The notes under the pieces: model-generated
The model's input: the letters and a program-made list of their open reading frames with translations, nothing else
Databases searched by the model: none
Told to the model about the DNA's origin: nothing
In this document: positions 22,868-26,163 of the stretch, piece after piece
How the letters are laid out: each line of letters begins with the position of its first letter
Position numbering within the stretch: the first letter of the stretch is position 1
DNA from: a virus
Lineage: Duplodnaviria; Caudoviricetes
Virus record (IMG/VR): IMGVR_UViG_3300023293_000082
Span: 1-26,163 of that record
Strand: one strand, 5' to 3'
Length of the DNA: 26,163 nt
Made by a program: the position numbers and the translations under genes

Positions 22868-24383
22868 ACGAAACGCATTTAGAAACCAACCAATCGAAGC
22901 CGAAAAGCAAAAGCCCAACTTCGCTAAAAAAGGCGCGTTCGGTTTGGTTAGTGAAGCGGTTGCAAGGGTGTATAAAAACGCTATTGCGTATATCGAAAAG
23001 TCGCAAAACGGTTGGTACTATTATGGTGAACGCGATGACTTGCCCAATCAGATCATTGAGCATATCAACAATAGCGGGACGGCTACTATTGCCATAAATA
23101 AGCTAAAACAGTTTATTGAAGCTGACGGGTTCGCAGACGAAGCCACGGGTAATGCGATGGCCAATAAAGATCAAACCTGGAATGAAGTGCTTTCTGAAAT
23201 CGTAGAAAATCAATGTAAGCTTAACGGCTTTGCTTTAAAGGAGTTCTTTAACTACGAAAACAAGATTGTAGAAACTAAAGTAGTTCCTATTCCTTGGATT
23301 CGTAAGCGTAACGATAACTTTAGAGTCAATCGATTAATGGGTGAAATGTCTAAAATGGAAAACCACACCATAACATACCGTGCTTATAATGGTGACTTAG
23401 ATAAATATCAGAGGCGCGAAATCATTAAGCAAGAGCAAAAGGAACACAGCCAACAACTAGGTGAAATATTTTACTGCTTTCGCACAAAGTTAGGCCGTAA
23501 CTACGATCTATATCCAGTGCCTGACTTTTACGCTGGCATTGAAGATATTATAAGTGACGGGGCTATTTCACAGCTAGAAGCCTCAAACATATTGCAAGGT
23601 TGGCGCGCTCAGGTTGTAGTAGCCACTGGTGTCATTGACGACCAAAACGAAGACGATGACGGAAAGACACCTAAAGACTACTTTGATGCGAACTTAGAAC
23701 AGTTCTGCGGCGCAGATGCTGCAAGGGTATTGCATCTTCAAGCAAGCACGCCCGAAGAAATGGCCAAGGTTACGGTGCTGGATAACAAAGAGATAATTGA
23801 CATGACCGAAAAGTCTACGATTCGAGTAGGTGAAAAGGTGTGCAGGCTTGCGGGTGTTCCTCCTATTTTGTGCGGCTTTAAAACGGCTGGCACGTTAGGG
23901 AATGTTCAAGAACTCAAAAACACAATGGATTTATTTTACATATCTATTATAAATATTCAGAACTATATTACGTACAAGCTTAACTCATTAAAACCAAACC
24001 TACTTAATGGCGAAAATTTAGACTTTACGATATCTAAATTAAACCCATTCAGCTTACTACCCGATTCTATTCTAAGCAGATTAACAGACCAAGAGGTTCG
24101 GCTATTGTTTGAAATTCCAAAAGTGCAAACCGAAATTGATGAACTAGGCCAGCCGATTACCGCTATTGACACGGAAGCCGATACCACAAATTCCGTCCTG
24201 AGAGACTTAACAGGCCGACAAATTCAAGGATTTCAAAGGATAATTCGAAAGTTTAATCAAGATCAATTTACTTATGAACAAGCAGCCGTTTTACTAAAAA
24301 GCAGCTACGGTTTTACAGATGAGGAAGTAGATATATTTCTTGTAACTAAAGAAGAAGAGGAGGAAGAAGATGCAATTAACTAA
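22857..24383 (+). CDS. Portal protein
   Basis: 508 aa; YYGERDDLPNQI, YPVPDFYAG, AGVPPILCGFKTAGTLG. Confidence 0.85.
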   Translation: MASKRNAFRNQPIEAEKQKPNFAKKGAFGLVSEAVARVYKNAIAYIEKSQNGWYYYGERDDLPNQIIEHINNSGTATIAINKLKQFIEADGFADEATGNAMANKDQTWNEVLSEIVENQCKLNGFALKEFFNYENKIVETKVVPIPWIRKRNDNFRVNRLMGEMSKMENHTITYRAYNGDLDKYQRREIIKQEQKEHSQQLGEIFYCFRTKLGRNYDLYPVPDFYAGIEDIISDGAISQLEASNILQGWRAQVVVATGVIDDQNEDDDGKTPKDYFDANLEQFCGADAARVLHLQASTPEEMAKVTVLDNKEIIDMTEKSTIRVGEKVCRLAGVPPILCGFKTAGTLGNVQELKNTMDLFYISIINIQNYITYKLNSLKPNLLNGENLDFTISKLNPFSLLPDSILSRLTDQEVRLLFEIPKVQTEIDELGQPITAIDTEADTTNSVLRDLTGRQIQGFQRIIRKFNQDQFTYEQAAVLLKSSYGFTDEEVDIFLVTKEEEEEEDAIN

Positions 24384-24912
24384 AGCAAACTTAGCTGTTT
24401 ATTCTCAGTTCACGACCAATATAACGGATCGAATGATAGACCCGCACATCTTGAATGCACGAAAGTATGACGTACAGCCGTACCTAACAGCCGATATGGT
24501 GACGGCTATCTTAGCATTGGCAGATGATGCAGATAACGAACTAGCTACATTTTATAACGACTACGTTAAAGAGGTATGGGCGTTAGCTACTTATATCCGA
24601 TTTATGGTAGAGCACGGTATTAATGTAACTCAGTTTGGAGTTACAAAGCCAACTGATCCGCGTGGCACCTATACGCAAGTGGGTGAAGTTGAGAGGGCTA
24701 ATATTCTAAGAATGAAACGCGCTGACATGGCCGTTGCTGTTAGCGAAATGACCGACCGATTGAAGAAGGTTCTGTTTACTTTCGATTCTGTTATTTATGT
24801 TGAAAGCAAAACGATTAACAGCCGCGTTAATATTATTAGCCCAATCAAGAGAAAAAATAAAAGACCGTTCGGATTCAGAAACGGACGTTACGACTATGAC
24901 GTTTTAAATTAA
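24370..24912 (+). CDS. Putative head-tail adaptor
   Basis: 180 aa helical protein coupled to portal; IDPHILNARKYDVQPYL. Confidence 0.6.
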   Translation: MQLTKANLAVYSQFTTNITDRMIDPHILNARKYDVQPYLTADMVTAILALADDADNELATFYNDYVKEVWALATYIRFMVEHGINVTQFGVTKPTDPRGTYTQVGEVERANILRMKRADMAVAVSEMTDRLKKVLFTFDSVIYVESKTINSRVNIISPIKRKNKRPFGFRNGRYDYDVLN

Positions 24913-24916
24913 AAAA

Positions 24917-26163
24917 ATGGCAACAGCAGCAGAATTAAAAGCGACATCGAACGCGCAACTAGCTAGTAATGGTCAAATCCCAGCGGTTAAGCATAGAACG
25001 GTTAACGATGCGATTATAGATGAAATGTTTTTATCGCAGTCTCGCGGTAATGTTTTGTCAGGTGTTCAAGCTGCGGCCGCTTTGGCTGCGGGTGACGAAG
25101 TAATCGTTATAAGAGGCGGTGCGGCTTATAGGCTTCAAGCTGACGAATTTGGTTTTATTGAAAATCTTGTTGATTTAGCGGACGTTAATATTTCAAGCCC
25201 AGCCAACAATCAAGCGATAGTATACGATTCGGCAACGTCTCGATTTATTGCTAAGACACTGGCGTTAACACAGACTAGCCAGATCGATCTCGGCACAAAT
25301 GCCACAGCATGGAACGCATTAGGCTTCGAATCTTCAAGGGCTCAAGGTATTTATACAGCTAGTAATACATTGACTTTAACAAATGTCAACAACTTATACA
25401 GCTTCACTTTACAAATTACAAACACGGGTGAGACGGTATTAACGATCGCGGGTATAACAGTTGATTTCAAGGATTCGGTATTACCAACGGGTGTGACATT
25501 TGCCTCGAACGCTTTGACTTTTCCAGATGATTCAGCAGTAGTCTATAATATTATAGGTGTATCATTTGACGGCACGACCTTCGATTGTAAAATGGAACTA
25601 GACGGATCAAGTAATCCGCTGTCTATTATTGGAGGGGGAACGGGTGCTGTTAATGCTAGTGGAGCGAGAGCTAATTTAGGAATCAACTTAAATGACTATC
25701 AGTTAATTTCGGAAAAGGGAGCAAACAACGGATATGGCAGCCTTGATTCTGGCGGTAAAGTGCCGTTAACTCAGCTTCCGTCAACGCTACTACAATATCA
25801 AGGGGTGTGGAATGCCTCAACAAACACACCAACACTTATCAATCCAGACACTAGTAAGGTGTCTTACGTTTATAATGTCAGTGTTGCAGCGACTAGATTC
25901 GGTATTGTTTGGAGCTTAGGTGACTGGCTTATTTATAACGTCAATGGAGATGTGGAAAAAAGTGACAATTCCGATGATGTAGTTAGCGTAAATAGTCAAA
26001 CTGGGGCTGTCGTTTTAAATACCTCTAACATAAGCGAGGTAACGAATTTATACTACACAGAAGCGAGGGTTTCAGCAAATACAGATGTAGCAGCAAATAC
26101 CGCTAAAACAGGAATTAGCTCAGAACAAGCAACGATTTTATCAAACACAAGCGGAACTAATAC
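24917..26163 (+). CDS. Tail fibre-like protein, 3' truncated by the window
   Basis: Open from ATG 24917 (MATAAELKA...) to the end; LVDLADVNI, GGTGA...ARANLG, KGANNGYGSLDSGGKVP, YQGVWNASTNTP, VVSVNSQTGAV, NLYYTEARV fibre motifs. Confidence 0.85.
   Translation, partial: MATAAELKATSNAQLASNGQIPAVKHRTVNDAIIDEMFLSQSRGNVLSGVQAAAALAAGDEVIVIRGGAAYRLQADEFGFIENLVDLADVNISSPANNQAIVYDSATSRFIAKTLALTQTSQIDLGTNATAWNALGFESSRAQGIYTASNTLTLTNVNNLYSFTLQITNTGETVLTIAGITVDFKDSVLPTGVTFASNALTFPDDSAVVYNIIGVSFDGTTFDCKMELDGSSNPLSIIGGGTGAVNASGARANLGINLNDYQLISEKGANNGYGSLDSGGKVPLTQLPSTLLQYQGVWNASTNTPTLINPDTSKVSYVYNVSVAATRFGIVWSLGDWLIYNVNGDVEKSDNSDDVVSVNSQTGAVVLNTSNISEVTNLYYTEARVSANTDVAANTAKTGISSEQATILSNTSGTN

Larger units (their letters stand above)
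1..26163. mobile_element. Tailed phage or prophage segment (siphovirus-like, probable Bacteroidota host)
   Basis: Terminase, portal, capsid, protease, tape measure, tail, replication and recombination genes; no host housekeeping genes; no tail sheath seen; TAnnTTTG promoter boxes. Confidence 0.95.

Noticed and set aside
612-24187. Short antisense ORFs nested in long genes (612, 1699, 2445, 4700, 5110, 6192, 7319, 9187, 10013, 11856, 13261, 14532, 15572, 16067, 16267, 17657, 18148, 19926, 20337, 21809, 22797, 23963)
   Set aside because: Shadow frames of better-supported opposite-strand genes
1-26163. Integrase, reverse transcriptase/DGR, stop-codon recoding, lysis genes
   Set aside because: No tyrosine/serine recombinase or RT motifs in any ORF; genes are intact in the standard code; no recognisable endolysin or holin in this window

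Overview
A 26-kb segment of a tailed dsDNA phage or prophage, siphovirus-like. The host is probably a Bacteroidota (inferred from TAnnTTTG -7 promoter boxes, A-rich leaders without Shine-Dalgarno sequences, and the protein families). Left part: a leftward recombination/methylation block (ERF-like annealase, two beta-class DNA methyltransferases) and a rightward replication block (O-like initiator with internal iterons). Right part: terS, terL, tail-completion and minor tail genes, tape measure, a short opposite-strand block, ClpP-type protease/scaffold, major capsid, major tail, portal, adaptor and a truncated tail fibre. Main observation: two integrase-less, integron-like gene-cassette arrays flank the replication module (about 1493-3380 and 5082-5602). 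Seven attC-like hairpin sites (consensus YAACA-hairpin-YGTT-N6-AAT) delimit five single-gene units. The two ends of each unit are complementary to each other rather than to the other end of the same site, as expected for units that excise and integrate as circles. Both arrays end at an identical AAGGGTAATG. Other signals: a kissing-loop leader before the initiator, a structured sRNA candidate bounded by a promoter box and a terminator, three classes of repeated promoter motif, repeat-bounded morons, and several small ORFs missed by the ORF track. All alignments and folds were done by eye; no database search was run.
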